The position numbers were made by a program, and so were the translations under genes. Shown in pieces: positions 39,744 to 49,802 of a stretch of 64,000 bases of DNA. Every line of letters starts with the position of its first letter. Positions within the stretch are counted from its first letter, which is position 1. The stretch is from Myxococcales bacterium (lineage in GTDB: Bacteria > Myxococcota > Myxococcia > Myxococcales > 40CM-4-68-19): assembly GCA_036518615.1 (NCBI GenBank), contig DATDMU010000273.1, positions 751-64,750 on the forward strand, in the 5' to 3' direction. Below the pieces are notes generated by a model. That model did not search any database. It worked only from the letters and a program-made list of their open reading frames with translations, and was not told the DNA's origin.

Positions 39744-41681
39744 ATGTGCGGCATCGCGGGCATCATCGGACGGCTCGACCAGACCAACGCCGCTGCGCTG
39801 CAGCGGATGAACCGGGCGCTGGTCCATCGCGGACCCGACGCCGAAGGATCCTGGCAGTCGCCACCCGACGCCGACGGCCGCGGCTTCCTGCTCACCCACC
39901 GCCGCCTCTCCATCCTCGATCTCTCGCCGCTCGGCGCGCAGCCGATGGCCGACGCGCTCACCGGCGACGTCATCGCCTACAACGGCGAGGTCTACAACTA
40001 CGTCGGGCTGCGGGACCGGCTCGCCGCCTCGGGGCATCATCTGGCGTCCACCGGCGACACCGCGGTGGTCCTGCGCGACCTGGCCCTGAACGGAGCTGCC
40101 GCCCTTGCCGGGCTGCGCGGGATGTTCGCGCTGGCCTTCTGGGACGCCGATGCGCACAGGCTTCGCCTCGCCCGCGACCCGCTGGGCATCAAGCCGCTCT
40201 ACGTGGCCCGCAACCGCGACGCGTCGGCGGGCTGGTCGGTCGCCTTCGCGTCCGAAGTGCGGGCGCTGCTCGCTTCCGGGCTGCTCGGCACGCCCAGGCT
40301 GGATCCGCAGGCGGTGGCCTCGATGGTGTGGAACGGCTTCGTCATGGCGCCCGGCACCGCGGTGGCCGGCGTGGAGCTCCTCGCCGGCGGCAGCACGGTG
40401 GAGTTCGACGCCCGCGGCCGCCAGACGCACGCCGCCACCTTCTGGAGCGTGGCCCCCGCGCCGCCCCGGGACCGGATCGACGAGCAGCAGCTCGCCGCGC
40501 TGCTCGAGGAGGACGTCCGCCTCCACCTCGCGAGCGACGTGCCGCTTGCCGTCTTCCTCTCCGGAGGCATCGACTCCTCCGCGATCGCGAATCTCGCCAC
40601 CCGGGCGCAGCGCGCGCCGGTGCACACCTTCACCCTCGCCTTCGAGGAGCGGGAGCTGAACGAAGGCCCGGCGGCGCGGCGGATCGCCGCAGCCATCGGC
40701 ACGCAGCACACCGAGGTGGTGCTCACCGAGCCGGAGTTCGTGGGCCACCTCGACGCCGCGCTCAACAGCCTCGATCAGCCCACCTTCGACGGCCTCAACG
40801 CGTACTACATGTCGCGTTCCATCCGCTCCGCCGGCTTCACCGTGGCCCTCTCGGGCACCGGCGGAGACGAGCTCTTCGGGGGCTACTCCTCCTTCCGCGA
40901 CCTGCCGGTGCTGCACCGGTGGTCGAGGCGCCTTCGCTTCGTGCCCCGCGGCCTCCTGACGGCGCTCTCCCAGCTGGGCACGGCCGGCCTGCGCAGGTCG
41001 GGCGCAGCGGTGCCGCCGCAGACCCGCTGGGCCAAGCTGCCGGAGATGGTGCGGCGGGGCGACGACCTGATCGCGCTCTACCAGCTCGCCTACGCGCTCT
41101 TCCTGCCCGACTTCCAGCGCGACCTGCTCGACCCCCGCGCGCCGCCCCTGCGCGACGGGCTGCCCGGGGCGATGCGCGACCGCCTGCTCGGCGAGACGGG
41201 CCGCCGCCCGGCGCTCTCCGCCATCAGCGTGCTGGAGCAGCGGCTCTTTCTCGGCGAGCGGCTCCTGCGCGACAACGACGCCGCCAGCATGGCCGTCTCG
41301 CTCGAGCAGCGCGTTCCGCTCGTCGACCAGGCGCTCTTCGAGGCGGTGGACCGGCTCGACCCGCGCCGGCGCTACAGCCCCATCGGCCGCAAGGCCGCGC
41401 TGCGGCGCATGGGCCTGCGCGGGCTGGACCCCGCGCTCTTCGAGCGGCCGAAGAGCGGCTTCGTCCTGCCCTTCGACCGCTGGATCCGGCAGGGGCTGCG
41501 AAAGACCATGGACGAGAGCTTCCGCGACGAGCGCCTGGTCAAGAGCGCCGGCCTCTCTCCTGCCGCGGTGGGCCGCCTGTGGCGCTCGTTCCTCGACGGC
41601 GCGCCGGGCATGTATTGGTCGCGCGTCTGGTCGCTGTACGTCCTCATGCGCTGGTGCCAGCAGAACGGCGTCTCCATGTGA
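39744..41681 (+). CDS. asnB: Asparagine synthase (glutamine-hydrolysing) family amidotransferase
   Basis: N-terminal nucleophile MCGIAG, the pattern HRGPD...YNGEVYN, and the PP-loop SGGIDSS. The start was trimmed to the ATG at 39744. Confidence 0.9.
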   Translation: MCGIAGIIGRLDQTNAAALQRMNRALVHRGPDAEGSWQSPPDADGRGFLLTHRRLSILDLSPLGAQPMADALTGDVIAYNGEVYNYVGLRDRLAASGHHLASTGDTAVVLRDLALNGAAALAGLRGMFALAFWDADAHRLRLARDPLGIKPLYVARNRDASAGWSVAFASEVRALLASGLLGTPRLDPQAVASMVWNGFVMAPGTAVAGVELLAGGSTVEFDARGRQTHAATFWSVAPAPPRDRIDEQQLAALLEEDVRLHLASDVPLAVFLSGGIDSSAIANLATRAQRAPVHTFTLAFEERELNEGPAARRIAAAIGTQHTEVVLTEPEFVGHLDAALNSLDQPTFDGLNAYYMSRSIRSAGFTVALSGTGGDELFGGYSSFRDLPVLHRWSRRLRFVPRGLLTALSQLGTAGLRRSGAAVPPQTRWAKLPEMVRRGDDLIALYQLAYALFLPDFQRDLLDPRAPPLRDGLPGAMRDRLLGETGRRPALSAISVLEQRLFLGERLLRDNDAASMAVSLEQRVPLVDQALFEAVDRLDPRRRYSPIGRKAALRRMGLRGLDPALFERPKSGFVLPFDRWIRQGLRKTMDESFRDERLVKSAGLSPAAVGRLWRSFLDGAPGMYWSRVWSLYVLMRWCQQNGVSM

Positions 41682-41793
41682 CCGCTCCTACATGTGCGCG
41701 CGCCGATGTCGCGTTGACTCGTCCAGCCGGCACATGCTGTATACGCACAGGGGGGAGCGGACGAGTTCGCCGCCGCGGATCGCCGCGCGGCAG

Positions 41794-42786
41794 ATGCGCC
41801 AGATGACTTCTCGACGACGCTATGTCCTGATCTCGCCGTGCCGCGATGAGGCCGCCTATCTGCGCCGGACGCTGGACAGCGTGGCGGGCCAGACGGTGCT
41901 GCCCTCGCGCTGGGTGGTGGTGGACGACGGCTCCACCGACGAGACGCCGAAGATCCTCGAGGAGTACGCGCGCAAGCTGCCCTGGCTCCAGGTCGTCCGC
42001 CGCACCGATCGCGGGCGGCGCGCGGTGGGCCCCGGCGTCATCGAGGCGTTCTACCAGGGCCTCGAGACGGTGGACCTCGACCAGTTCGACTACCTCTGCA
42101 AGCTGGACATGGATCTCGATCTGCCGCCCCGCTACTTCGAGGCGCTGATGGAGCGGATGGAGCGCAATCCGCGCCTCGGCACCAGCTCGGGCAAGCCGTG
42201 GTTCACGCATCCGCGCACCGGAGAGCGCCTGCCCGAAGTCTGCGGCGACGAGATGTCGGTGGGGATGACCAAGTTCTACCGCGTCGCCTGCTTCCGCGAG
42301 ATCGGCGGCTTCGTGCGGCAGGTGATGTGGGACGGCATCGACTGCCACCGCGCCCGCATGCTCGGGTGGATCGCCGAGAGCGTGGACGAGCCCGACCTGC
42401 GCTTCCTGCACCTGCGGCCCATGGGCGCGAGCCAGGGAAAAGGCATCTGGTCCGGCCGCGTCCGGGCCGGCTTCGGCCAGTACTTCATGGGAACCTCTCC
42501 GCTCTACTACCTCGCGGTCGCCCTCTACCGCCTGCCCATGCACCCCAGGGTTTCCGGCAGCGCCGCCATGCTCTGGGGCTACCTCTCCAGCGCGCTCAAG
42601 CGCGCGCCGCGCTACGACGAGCCGGGCTTCCGCAAGTTCCTCCGCCGCTACCAGCACCTCTGCCTGGTGATGGGCAAGTCGGCGGCGACCGCGCGGGTCA
42701 ATCGCGAGCAGGAACCGGTCTGGCAGCACAGTCACGGCAAGGAAGTCCCGGGAGGCTTCGCCAGTGCACTCGACTCCTCGCGCTGA
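41794..42786 (+). CDS. Glycosyltransferase family 2
   Basis: YVLISPCRDEAAYLRRTLDSVAGQT..WVVVDDGSTDET is a typical GT2 opening with a DxD-like DMDLD. The start is uncertain (ATG at 41794 or 41803). Confidence 0.8.
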   Translation: MRQMTSRRRYVLISPCRDEAAYLRRTLDSVAGQTVLPSRWVVVDDGSTDETPKILEEYARKLPWLQVVRRTDRGRRAVGPGVIEAFYQGLETVDLDQFDYLCKLDMDLDLPPRYFEALMERMERNPRLGTSSGKPWFTHPRTGERLPEVCGDEMSVGMTKFYRVACFREIGGFVRQVMWDGIDCHRARMLGWIAESVDEPDLRFLHLRPMGASQGKGIWSGRVRAGFGQYFMGTSPLYYLAVALYRLPMHPRVSGSAAMLWGYLSSALKRAPRYDEPGFRKFLRRYQHLCLVMGKSAATARVNREQEPVWQHSHGKEVPGGFASALDSSR

Positions 42787-43546
42787 GCTCCTGGGCCTCC
42801 CCTTCGACCGGGTCACGATGGGCGACGCCGTCGCCCGCTGCCTGTCGTGGTGCGAGGGCCCGCGGGCGCCCCACACGGTGATCACCGCGAACTCCGCCAT
42901 CCTCTGCATGATGCGGCGCGATCCGGAGCTGCGGAACGCCTGCCTTTCGGGCGACCTGATCGTGCCCGACGGGATGTCGGTGGTCTGGACCTCGCGGCTC
43001 GCGGGCGCGGCGTTTCCCGAGCGCGTCACCGGCGTGGATCTGATGACGCAGCTCCTCGCGGCCGGAGCGGCCCGCGGGCTGCGCGCGTACTTCCTCGGCG
43101 CCCGCAAGCAGGTGGTGGAAGACCTCGCGGCGGTCTGCGCGCGCGACTACCCGGGACTGCAGATTGCGGGGTATCGCGACGGGTACTTTTCCGCGGCGGA
43201 GCACGGCGCCATCGCCGACGAGATCCGCTCCCGGGCGCCCCACTTTCTCTTCGTGGGGATGCCGAGCCCCTTCAAGGAGACCTGGTGCGAGCGCAACCGG
43301 ACGCGGCTCGACGTGCCCGTGATCATGGGGGTGGGCGGCAGCTTCGACGTGATCTCCGGGAACGTCAAACGGGCGCCGCTCTGGCTGCAGTCGGCGGGGA
43401 TGGAGTGGTCGTGGCGGCTGCTCATGGAGCCCCGGAAGATGTGGAAGCGCTACCTCACCACCAACAGCGAGTTCGCCTGGCTGGCCGGGCGCGAGATCGT
43501 CGCGCGGCGCCTGGGCGGGCGCGCAGCGGTGGGGAGCGCGCCGTGA
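42764..43546 (+). CDS. WecB/TagA/CpsF family glycosyltransferase (GT26)
   Basis: LLGLPFDRVTMGDAV, IVPDGMSVVWTSRL, FLFVGMPSPFKETW and APLWLQSAGMEWSWRLLMEPRKMWKRY are hallmark GT26 motifs. Confidence 0.85.
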   Translation: MHSTPRAELLGLPFDRVTMGDAVARCLSWCEGPRAPHTVITANSAILCMMRRDPELRNACLSGDLIVPDGMSVVWTSRLAGAAFPERVTGVDLMTQLLAAGAARGLRAYFLGARKQVVEDLAAVCARDYPGLQIAGYRDGYFSAAEHGAIADEIRSRAPHFLFVGMPSPFKETWCERNRTRLDVPVIMGVGGSFDVISGNVKRAPLWLQSAGMEWSWRLLMEPRKMWKRYLTTNSEFAWLAGREIVARRLGGRAAVGSAP

Positions 43547-43559
43547 GCGCCGGCGAGGC

Positions 43560-44717
43560 ATGCGCGTGAGCGGGCGCAAGAACCTGCTCGTGTTCATGGG
43601 AACGCGACCCGAGGCCATCAAGCTGGCGCCGGTGGTCGCCGCGCTGCGCGCTTCCCCGGATTTCGAGTGCACGGTGGTCGCCACCGGCCAGCACAAGGAG
43701 ATGTTCAGCCAGGTGGCGGAGCAGTTCGGGTTCGGCGTGGAAGCGAACCTGGACGTCATGCGCGCCAACCAGACGCTCGCCGGCCTCACCGCGCGCCTGA
43801 TGGAGGGCATCGACCGCTGGCTGGAGAGCGCGCACCCGGACATGGCGCTGGTGCAGGGAGACACCACCACCGTGCTGGTGGCGGCGCTGGCCTGCTTCTA
43901 CCGGCGCATCCCCATCGGTCACGTGGAGGCGGGGCTGCGCACCGGCAACATCTGGTCGCCGTTTCCGGAGGAGGTGAACCGCCGGCTCGCCACCCCGCTC
44001 GTCTCGCTCCATTTCGCGCCCACCGAATCGGCGCGTCTGGCGCTGTTGCGGGAAGGCGTTCCCGACGACACCATCGCGGTGACCGGCAACACCGTCATCG
44101 ACGCGCTGCTCACGGCGGTGGCCGCGCAGGAGTCCGACGCGCGCCTGCGCGCCGCCATCGACGCGGAGATCGAGTCGCTGGTGGGAGCCGACTGGCTGCG
44201 CGTGCCCTTCGTGCTCATCACCGGCCATCGCCGCGAGAACTTCGGCCAGGGCTTCGAGGAGATCTGCCAGGCCATCGCCGCGCTCTCGCGCCGCTTCTCC
44301 GACCACCGCTTCATCTATCCCGTCCACCTGAACCCCAACGTGCAGGTGCACGTGACGAGGCTCCTCGGGAACCTGCGCAACGTGCGGCTCATCGCCCCGC
44401 AGGGATACCGGAACTTCGTCCGCCTGATGTCGAAGTGCCGCCTGGTGCTGACCGACTCCGGCGGCGTGCAGGAGGAGGCGCCGTCGCTGGGAAAGCCCGT
44501 GCTGGTGATGCGCGACACCACCGAGCGCCCCGAGGGCGTGGAGGCGGGCACCGCGCGGCTGACCGGCCCGCACGCGGGCGCCATCGTCGAGCACGCCACG
44601 CGCCTGTTGACCGACGCCGCCGCGTACCAGGCCATGGCCACGGCGAAGAACCCCTACGGAGATGGCCGCGCCGCCGGCCGCATCGTCGAGCGCATCCGCC
44701 GCCACCTGGCAGGATGA
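43560..44717 (+). CDS. wecB: UDP-N-acetylglucosamine 2-epimerase (non-hydrolysing)
   Basis: FMGTRPEAIKLAPV, VQGDTTT, HVEAGLRT, PFPEE.NRR and TDSGGVQEEAPSLGKPVLVMRDTTERPE match WecB/MnaA. Confidence 0.9.
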   Translation: MRVSGRKNLLVFMGTRPEAIKLAPVVAALRASPDFECTVVATGQHKEMFSQVAEQFGFGVEANLDVMRANQTLAGLTARLMEGIDRWLESAHPDMALVQGDTTTVLVAALACFYRRIPIGHVEAGLRTGNIWSPFPEEVNRRLATPLVSLHFAPTESARLALLREGVPDDTIAVTGNTVIDALLTAVAAQESDARLRAAIDAEIESLVGADWLRVPFVLITGHRRENFGQGFEEICQAIAALSRRFSDHRFIYPVHLNPNVQVHVTRLLGNLRNVRLIAPQGYRNFVRLMSKCRLVLTDSGGVQEEAPSLGKPVLVMRDTTERPEGVEAGTARLTGPHAGAIVEHATRLLTDAAAYQAMATAKNPYGDGRAAGRIVERIRRHLAG

Positions 44718-44839
44718 GGCGCCGCTGACCTGACCACCCTGCGCGGACGTCGCAGCGCGCAGGAATTGCGCGCAGAAAAGTCCATCGGGCAACACGGCTT
44801 TCGTGGTATTCAGTACGACGTTCATCGTACGAGGGGGAG

Positions 44840-45826
44840 ATGGAACACGAAGAGTTCCGGCGCGGCGACACGGCCGAGGTCAAGAGTCCCGCCGAGATCC
44901 TTGCCACCCTCGACGACCGGGGCACCCTGGAAGGGCTGCCCTTCATGCCGGAGATGATCGCCTGGTGCGGAAAGCGGGTCACCGTCGATCGCCGCGCCGA
45001 CAAGGTCTGCGACACGGTGAATTATTCGGGAAGCCGCAGGGTGCCCGACACGGTGCTGCTCGGCGACGTCCGCTGCGACGGCTCCGGCCACGACCGGTGC
45101 CAGGCGGAATGCCGCATCTTCTGGAAGGAAGCCTGGCTGCGCAAGGTCTCTCCCGATTCGCCGCCGCCGCGCCCGTTTCCGCCCGAAGACGCCGCCGCCC
45201 TGCTCGCGCGCGTGTCGCCTCCCACCCGCTCGACGGTGGCGGAGAACGGCAAGGAGTGGACCCGCTTCCGCTGCCAGAACACCGCCATCCCCGACTGCAG
45301 CGAGCTGCTCAGCGTCTGGGATCCGCGCCCCTACGTCCACGAGTACACCAGCGGCAACGTGTCCTTCGGGCATTTCCTCCGCGTGACCGCGCGCGCGGCG
45401 ACCTGGGAGCCGGCGCGCAAGCTCGGCCTGGTCCCGGAGATCCACGTGCCGGGCACGGCCAGCAAGGACCAGCCGCGCCCGCCGCCGCTGAACCTGAAAG
45501 TCGGCGAGTGGGTGCGGGTCAAGTCGAAGGAAGAGATCGCCACCATGCTCACGCCGGACGGCCGCGACCGCGGGCTCTGGTTCGATCGGGAGATGGTGCC
45601 GTACTGCGGCGGGACCTATCGCGTGCGCCAGCGCATCGGCCGCTTCATCGACGAGCGCAGCGGGAAGATGACCGTGCTCAAGAACGAGGCGATCACCCTG
45701 GACGGAGTGGTCTGCTCGGGAGATCGCAGCATCTGCCGCTGGCTGTGCCCGCGGGAGGTGTACCCGTACTGGCGCGAGGCGTGGCTGGAGCGCGTGCAGC
45801 CACAGGCGTCGGCCGCGGCGAATTGA
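44840..45826 (+). CDS. Hypothetical Cys-rich protein with two internally duplicated modules of about 100 aa; no family recognised
   Basis: A strong ribosome-binding site (GAGGGGGAG) precedes the ATG at 44840, and GC3 is high. Residues about 7-103 and 227-323 align to each other (G[DE]...VKS..EI...L...G...GL.F..EM...CG....V..R.......SG.......[ND]...L.[DG]V.C.G.....C...C......W.EAWL.[RK]V). Confidence 0.65.
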   Translation: MEHEEFRRGDTAEVKSPAEILATLDDRGTLEGLPFMPEMIAWCGKRVTVDRRADKVCDTVNYSGSRRVPDTVLLGDVRCDGSGHDRCQAECRIFWKEAWLRKVSPDSPPPRPFPPEDAAALLARVSPPTRSTVAENGKEWTRFRCQNTAIPDCSELLSVWDPRPYVHEYTSGNVSFGHFLRVTARAATWEPARKLGLVPEIHVPGTASKDQPRPPPLNLKVGEWVRVKSKEEIATMLTPDGRDRGLWFDREMVPYCGGTYRVRQRIGRFIDERSGKMTVLKNEAITLDGVVCSGDRSICRWLCPREVYPYWREAWLERVQPQASAAAN

Positions 45827-45937
45827 GCGATGGAACCGCGGGTTTGGAGTGGTCGTCGTGTGTTACAGTGAACTGAGCTGCCGGCCCGCTGCGGCGGCGA
45901 AGAGGAGCGGCCTCCGGCTGCCCTCGTGGGGGAAGAC

Positions 45938-46978
45938 ATGAAGATTCTGCTGACTGGAAGCCGCGGGTACATCGGCACCGTGATGGCGCCGTTCCTGCTC
46001 AAGGCCGGCCACGAGGTGGTGGGCATCGACACCGACCTCTACCGCCGCTGCAGTTTTGGTACCTGGCGCGAATCCATCCACACCATCGAGAAGGACGTCC
46101 GCGAGCTGCGCGTCTCCGACGTGCGCGGCTTCGACGCGGTCATCCACCTCGCCGCCCTCTCCAACGACCCGCTGGGTGACCTCAACCCGAACCTGACCTA
46201 CGACATCAACCACCTCGCCTCGGTCCGGCTGGCGGCGCTGGCGAAGGAGGCGGGCGTCCCCCGCTTCGCCTTCGCCTCCTCGTGCAGCAACTACGGCGCG
46301 GCGGGCGACGAGCCGGTCAACGAGGAGTCGCAGCTCAATCCGGTGACGCCCTATGGCGAGTCCAAGGTCCGCGTCGAGCGCGACGTGACGGCCATCGCGG
46401 ACGACTCGTTCTCGCCCACCTTCCTGCGCTGCGCCACCGCCTACGGCGCCTCGCCCAGGCTGCGCTTCGACATCGTGCTCAACAACCTGGTCGCCTGGGC
46501 GTTCACCTCCGGCAAGGTGCTGCTCAAGAGCGACGGCACCCCGTGGCGGCCCATCGTCCACATCGAGGACATCAGCCGCGCCTTCCTCGCGGTGCTCACC
46601 GCGCCGCGCGAGGCGGTGCACGCGCAGGCCTTCAACGTGGGCCGCAACGACCAGAACTACCGCATCCGCGAGATCGCGGAGATCGTGAAGGAGACGGTGC
46701 CCGGCTGCGAGATCGCCTTCGCCGAAGGCGCCGGCCCCGACAAGCGCAACTACCGCGCCGACTTCTCCAAGATCGCGCGGGTCCTCCCGGCCTTCCAGCC
46801 GCAGTGGGACGCGCGCAAGGGCGCAAGGCAGCTCTACGAGACGTACAAGGCCATCGGTCTGCGGCTCGAGGACTTCGAGGGGCCGCGCTACCGCCGCATC
46901 GACCAGATCAAGCGGCTGATGAGCAGCGGCAACCTGGGAGCGGACCTGCGCTGGCTGTCCGAGCCGGTCGCCGCCTGA
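45938..46978 (+). CDS. NAD-dependent epimerase/dehydratase family protein (extended SDR)
   Basis: [16 protein letters not shown] Rossmann motif, catalytic YGESK, and an SSCSNYG serine region. The start was trimmed to the ATG at 45938. Confidence 0.85.
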   Translation: MKILLTGSRGYIGTVMAPFLLKAGHEVVGIDTDLYRRCSFGTWRESIHTIEKDVRELRVSDVRGFDAVIHLAALSNDPLGDLNPNLTYDINHLASVRLAALAKEAGVPRFAFASSCSNYGAAGDEPVNEESQLNPVTPYGESKVRVERDVTAIADDSFSPTFLRCATAYGASPRLRFDIVLNNLVAWAFTSGKVLLKSDGTPWRPIVHIEDISRAFLAVLTAPREAVHAQAFNVGRNDQNYRIREIAEIVKETVPGCEIAFAEGAGPDKRNYRADFSKIARVLPAFQPQWDARKGARQLYETYKAIGLRLEDFEGPRYRRIDQIKRLMSSGNLGADLRWLSEPVAA

Positions 46979-47010
46979 GAGGCGAGCAGCGGCGTGGAAA
47001 GGGGCAACCC

Positions 47011-47574
47011 ATGATCTTCACCGAGACCAGGCTGAAGGGCGCTTTCATCCTCGACCTGGAGAAGCGCAGCGACGACCGCGGGTTCTTCGCCCGCAGCTTC
47101 TGCCAGCGCGAGTTCCAGGAGCACGGGCTCAAGCCGGTCATCGCGCAGGCGAACCTCGCCTTCAACGCGCGCAAGGGAACGCTGCGCGGAATGCACTTCC
47201 AGTACCCTCCGCACCCGGAGACGAAGCTCGTCCGCGCCACCCGCGGCGCCATCCTCGACATCATCGTGGACCTGCGGCCGGAGAGCCCCACCTATCTGCA
47301 GTCGGTGGGCGTGGAGCTGACCGCCGACAACCACCGCGCCATCTACGTTCCCGAGCGCTTCGCGCACGGATACCAGGCGCTCGAGGACTCCACCGAGACC
47401 AGCTACCAGGTGGGCGAGTTCTACGCGCCCGCCACCGAGGGTGGCCTCTCGCCGTTCGATCCGCGGCTGAAGCTGCAGTGGCCGCTCCCGGTCAGCGTGA
47501 TCTCGCCAAAAGATGCCGCCTGGAAGCACCTCGACGAGGTCGAGGCCGAAGTGAAACGCAGAATGACGCTGTAG
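47011..47574 (+). CDS. dTDP-4-dehydrorhamnose 3,5-epimerase family (RmlC-like cupin) sugar epimerase
   Basis: FTETRLKGAFILDLEKRSDDRGFFARSF, the pattern GTLRGMHFQ..P..E.KLVR...G.I.D..VDLR, and AHGY. The start was trimmed to the ATG at 47011. Confidence 0.85.
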   Translation: MIFTETRLKGAFILDLEKRSDDRGFFARSFCQREFQEHGLKPVIAQANLAFNARKGTLRGMHFQYPPHPETKLVRATRGAILDIIVDLRPESPTYLQSVGVELTADNHRAIYVPERFAHGYQALEDSTETSYQVGEFYAPATEGGLSPFDPRLKLQWPLPVSVISPKDAAWKHLDEVEAEVKRRMTL

Positions 47575-47583
47575 GGGGCCGCA

Positions 47584-48954
47584 ATGATCATCGTGGACAG
47601 GGCGCTTTCGGCCCGCGAAGAGCAGGGAAAGCCCATTCGCGTCGGATTGATCGGCGCGGGCTTCATGGGCCAGGGGCTGACCAACCAGATCGTCCACAGC
47701 GTGCCCGGCATGCGGATGTCGGCCATCTACAACCGCAAGCCCGAGCGCGCGCTCGGCGTCTACAAGTACGCCGGCTGCGAGGACGTGAAGCTCGTCTCCA
47801 GCCAGGCCGCGCTCGACGAGAGGCTGCGCCGCGGGCTGCCCGCGGTGGCCGAGGATCCCTACACCATCTGCCGCTCTCCGGAGATCGACGTGATCGTCGA
47901 CGTGACCGGCTCGGTGGAGTTCGGCGCCCGGATCATCCTCGAGGCCTTCGAGCACCAGAAGCCGGTGGTGCTGATGAACGCCGAGGTGGACGCCACCATC
48001 GGCCCCATCCTCCGCGTCTACGGCAAGAAGCACGGGCAGATCCTCTCCGCCTGCGACGGCGACGAGCCGGGCGTGGAGATGAACCTGGTGCGCTGGGTGA
48101 AGGGCCTCGGCCTCACCCCGCGCGTGATCGGCAACGTGAAGGGCCTGCAGGATCCCTATCGCAACCCCACCACCCAGAAAGGCTGGGCGGAGCGCTGGGG
48201 CCAGAACGCGGCCATGGTCACCTCCTTCGCCGACGGCTCGAAGATCAGCTTCGAGCAGACCATCGTGGCCAACGCCACCGGCTTCAAGGTGAAGCAGCGC
48301 GGGATGTCGCGAGGGGTGAAGTACGACGGCTCGATCATGGACATCCACAAGCTCTACGACGGCGACCTGGATCGCATCCGCGAGATGGGCGGCCTGATCG
48401 ACTACACGGTGGGTCCTCCGCTGATCAAGGTGTTCGTCCTCGCCGAGCACGACGACCCCAAGCAGCGCCACTACCTGCAGCTCTACAAGATGGGCGACGG
48501 GCCGCTCTACCCGTTCTGGATTCCCTACCACCTGGTGCACTTCGAGACGCCGTTCTCGATCGCGCGGGTGGTGCTCTTCGGCGACGAGCTGGCGCCGCCG
48601 CTGGGCGGGCCGGTGGTCGAAGTCTGCGCGGTGGCCAAGCGCGACCTCAAGGCGGGCGAGGTGCTCGACGAGTACGGCATGTACATGACCTACGGCGAGG
48701 CCTGCAACGCCGAGGAGATGTGCGCCAACCGCTACCTCCCCGAGGGGCTGGTGGAGGGCTGCAAGCTCAAGCGCGACATCGGCAAGGACCAGGTGCTGAC
48801 CTACGCCGACGTCGAGCTGCCCGAAGGCCGCATCGCCGACCGGCTGCGCGCCGAGCAGTACCGCCATTTCCGCAACGAGACCTGGCTCGAGGAACATCTG
48901 CAGCGCGGCGCCGGTCGCGGCACGGCGCCGAAGGCGGGAGAGCTGCGCATCTGA
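47584..48954 (+). CDS. NAD(P)-binding oxidoreductase with a C-terminal SAF domain (homoserine-dehydrogenase-like, COG4091-type)
   Basis: VGLIGAGFMGQG Rossmann motif. The C-terminal VCAVAKRDLKAGEVLD resembles a SAF domain. This architecture is typical of sugar-modification cassettes, by recollection. Confidence 0.75.
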   Translation: MIIVDRALSAREEQGKPIRVGLIGAGFMGQGLTNQIVHSVPGMRMSAIYNRKPERALGVYKYAGCEDVKLVSSQAALDERLRRGLPAVAEDPYTICRSPEIDVIVDVTGSVEFGARIILEAFEHQKPVVLMNAEVDATIGPILRVYGKKHGQILSACDGDEPGVEMNLVRWVKGLGLTPRVIGNVKGLQDPYRNPTTQKGWAERWGQNAAMVTSFADGSKISFEQTIVANATGFKVKQRGMSRGVKYDGSIMDIHKLYDGDLDRIREMGGLIDYTVGPPLIKVFVLAEHDDPKQRHYLQLYKMGDGPLYPFWIPYHLVHFETPFSIARVVLFGDELAPPLGGPVVEVCAVAKRDLKAGEVLDEYGMYMTYGEACNAEEMCANRYLPEGLVEGCKLKRDIGKDQVLTYADVELPEGRIADRLRAEQYRHFRNETWLEEHLQRGAGRGTAPKAGELRI

Positions 48955-48999
48955 GGCGTCGGGATTCACGGACCGGAAGACGAGACGGGGGGTGATCGA

Positions 49000-49800
49000 A
49001 TGAAGGTCGTGATCTTCTGCGGTGGACTGGGAATGCGGCTGCGGGAGTACTCGGAGTCGGTGCCCAAGCCGATGGTGCCGGTGGGCTACCGCCCGATCCT
49101 CTGGCACGTGATGCGCTACTACGCGCACTTCGGCCACAAGGAGTTCATCCTCTGCCTCGGCTACAAGGGCGACTCCATCAAGCGGTACTTCATGGAGTAC
49201 GACGAGACGGTGTCCAACGACTTCGTCTTCAGCGAAGGCGGCAAGAAGGTGAACCTGCTCGCCAGCGACATCGACGACTGGAAGATCACCTTCGTCGACA
49301 CCGGGCTCAGCTCGAACATCGGCATGCGCCTCAAGGCGGTGCAGCCGTACCTGAGCGGCGACGAGATGTTCCTCGCCAACTACAGCGACGGCGTCTCCGA
49401 CCTGCCGCTGCCGAAGACGATCGACTTCATGACCGCGCGGCCCGAGGCGGTGGCCTGCTTCGCCGGCGTGGCCCCCTACGCGAGCTATCACCTCGTCTCG
49501 GTCGAAGACGACGGACGGGTCAAGAGCATCCGCCACGTGAAGGACTGCGGCATGCGCATCAACGGCGGCTACTTCGTGCTGCGGCCGGAGATCTTCGAGT
49601 GGATGCGGCCCGGCGAGGAGCTGGTGCAGGAGCCCTTCCAGCGCCTGGCGGCGGCGGGCAAGCTCCTCTCCTATTCGTACGACGGCTTCTGGGCCTGCAT
49701 GGACACCTTCAAGGACAAGCAGATGCTCGAAGACCTCTACGCGCGCGGCCACGTGCCGTGGGAAGTCTGGAAGAACGGCGGCGCGGCGGCGGCCCGCTGA
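49000..49800 (+). CDS. rfbF: Glucose-1-phosphate cytidylyltransferase
   Basis: MKVVIFCGGLGMRLREYSESVPKPMVPVGYRPILWHVMRYYAHFGHKEFILCLGYKG and the C-terminal FWACMDTFKDKQMLEDLY are near-canonical RfbF motifs. Confidence 0.9.
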   Translation: MKVVIFCGGLGMRLREYSESVPKPMVPVGYRPILWHVMRYYAHFGHKEFILCLGYKGDSIKRYFMEYDETVSNDFVFSEGGKKVNLLASDIDDWKITFVDTGLSSNIGMRLKAVQPYLSGDEMFLANYSDGVSDLPLPKTIDFMTARPEAVACFAGVAPYASYHLVSVEDDGRVKSIRHVKDCGMRINGGYFVLRPEIFEWMRPGEELVQEPFQRLAAAGKLLSYSYDGFWACMDTFKDKQMLEDLYARGHVPWEVWKNGGAAAAR

Positions 49801-49802
49801 GC

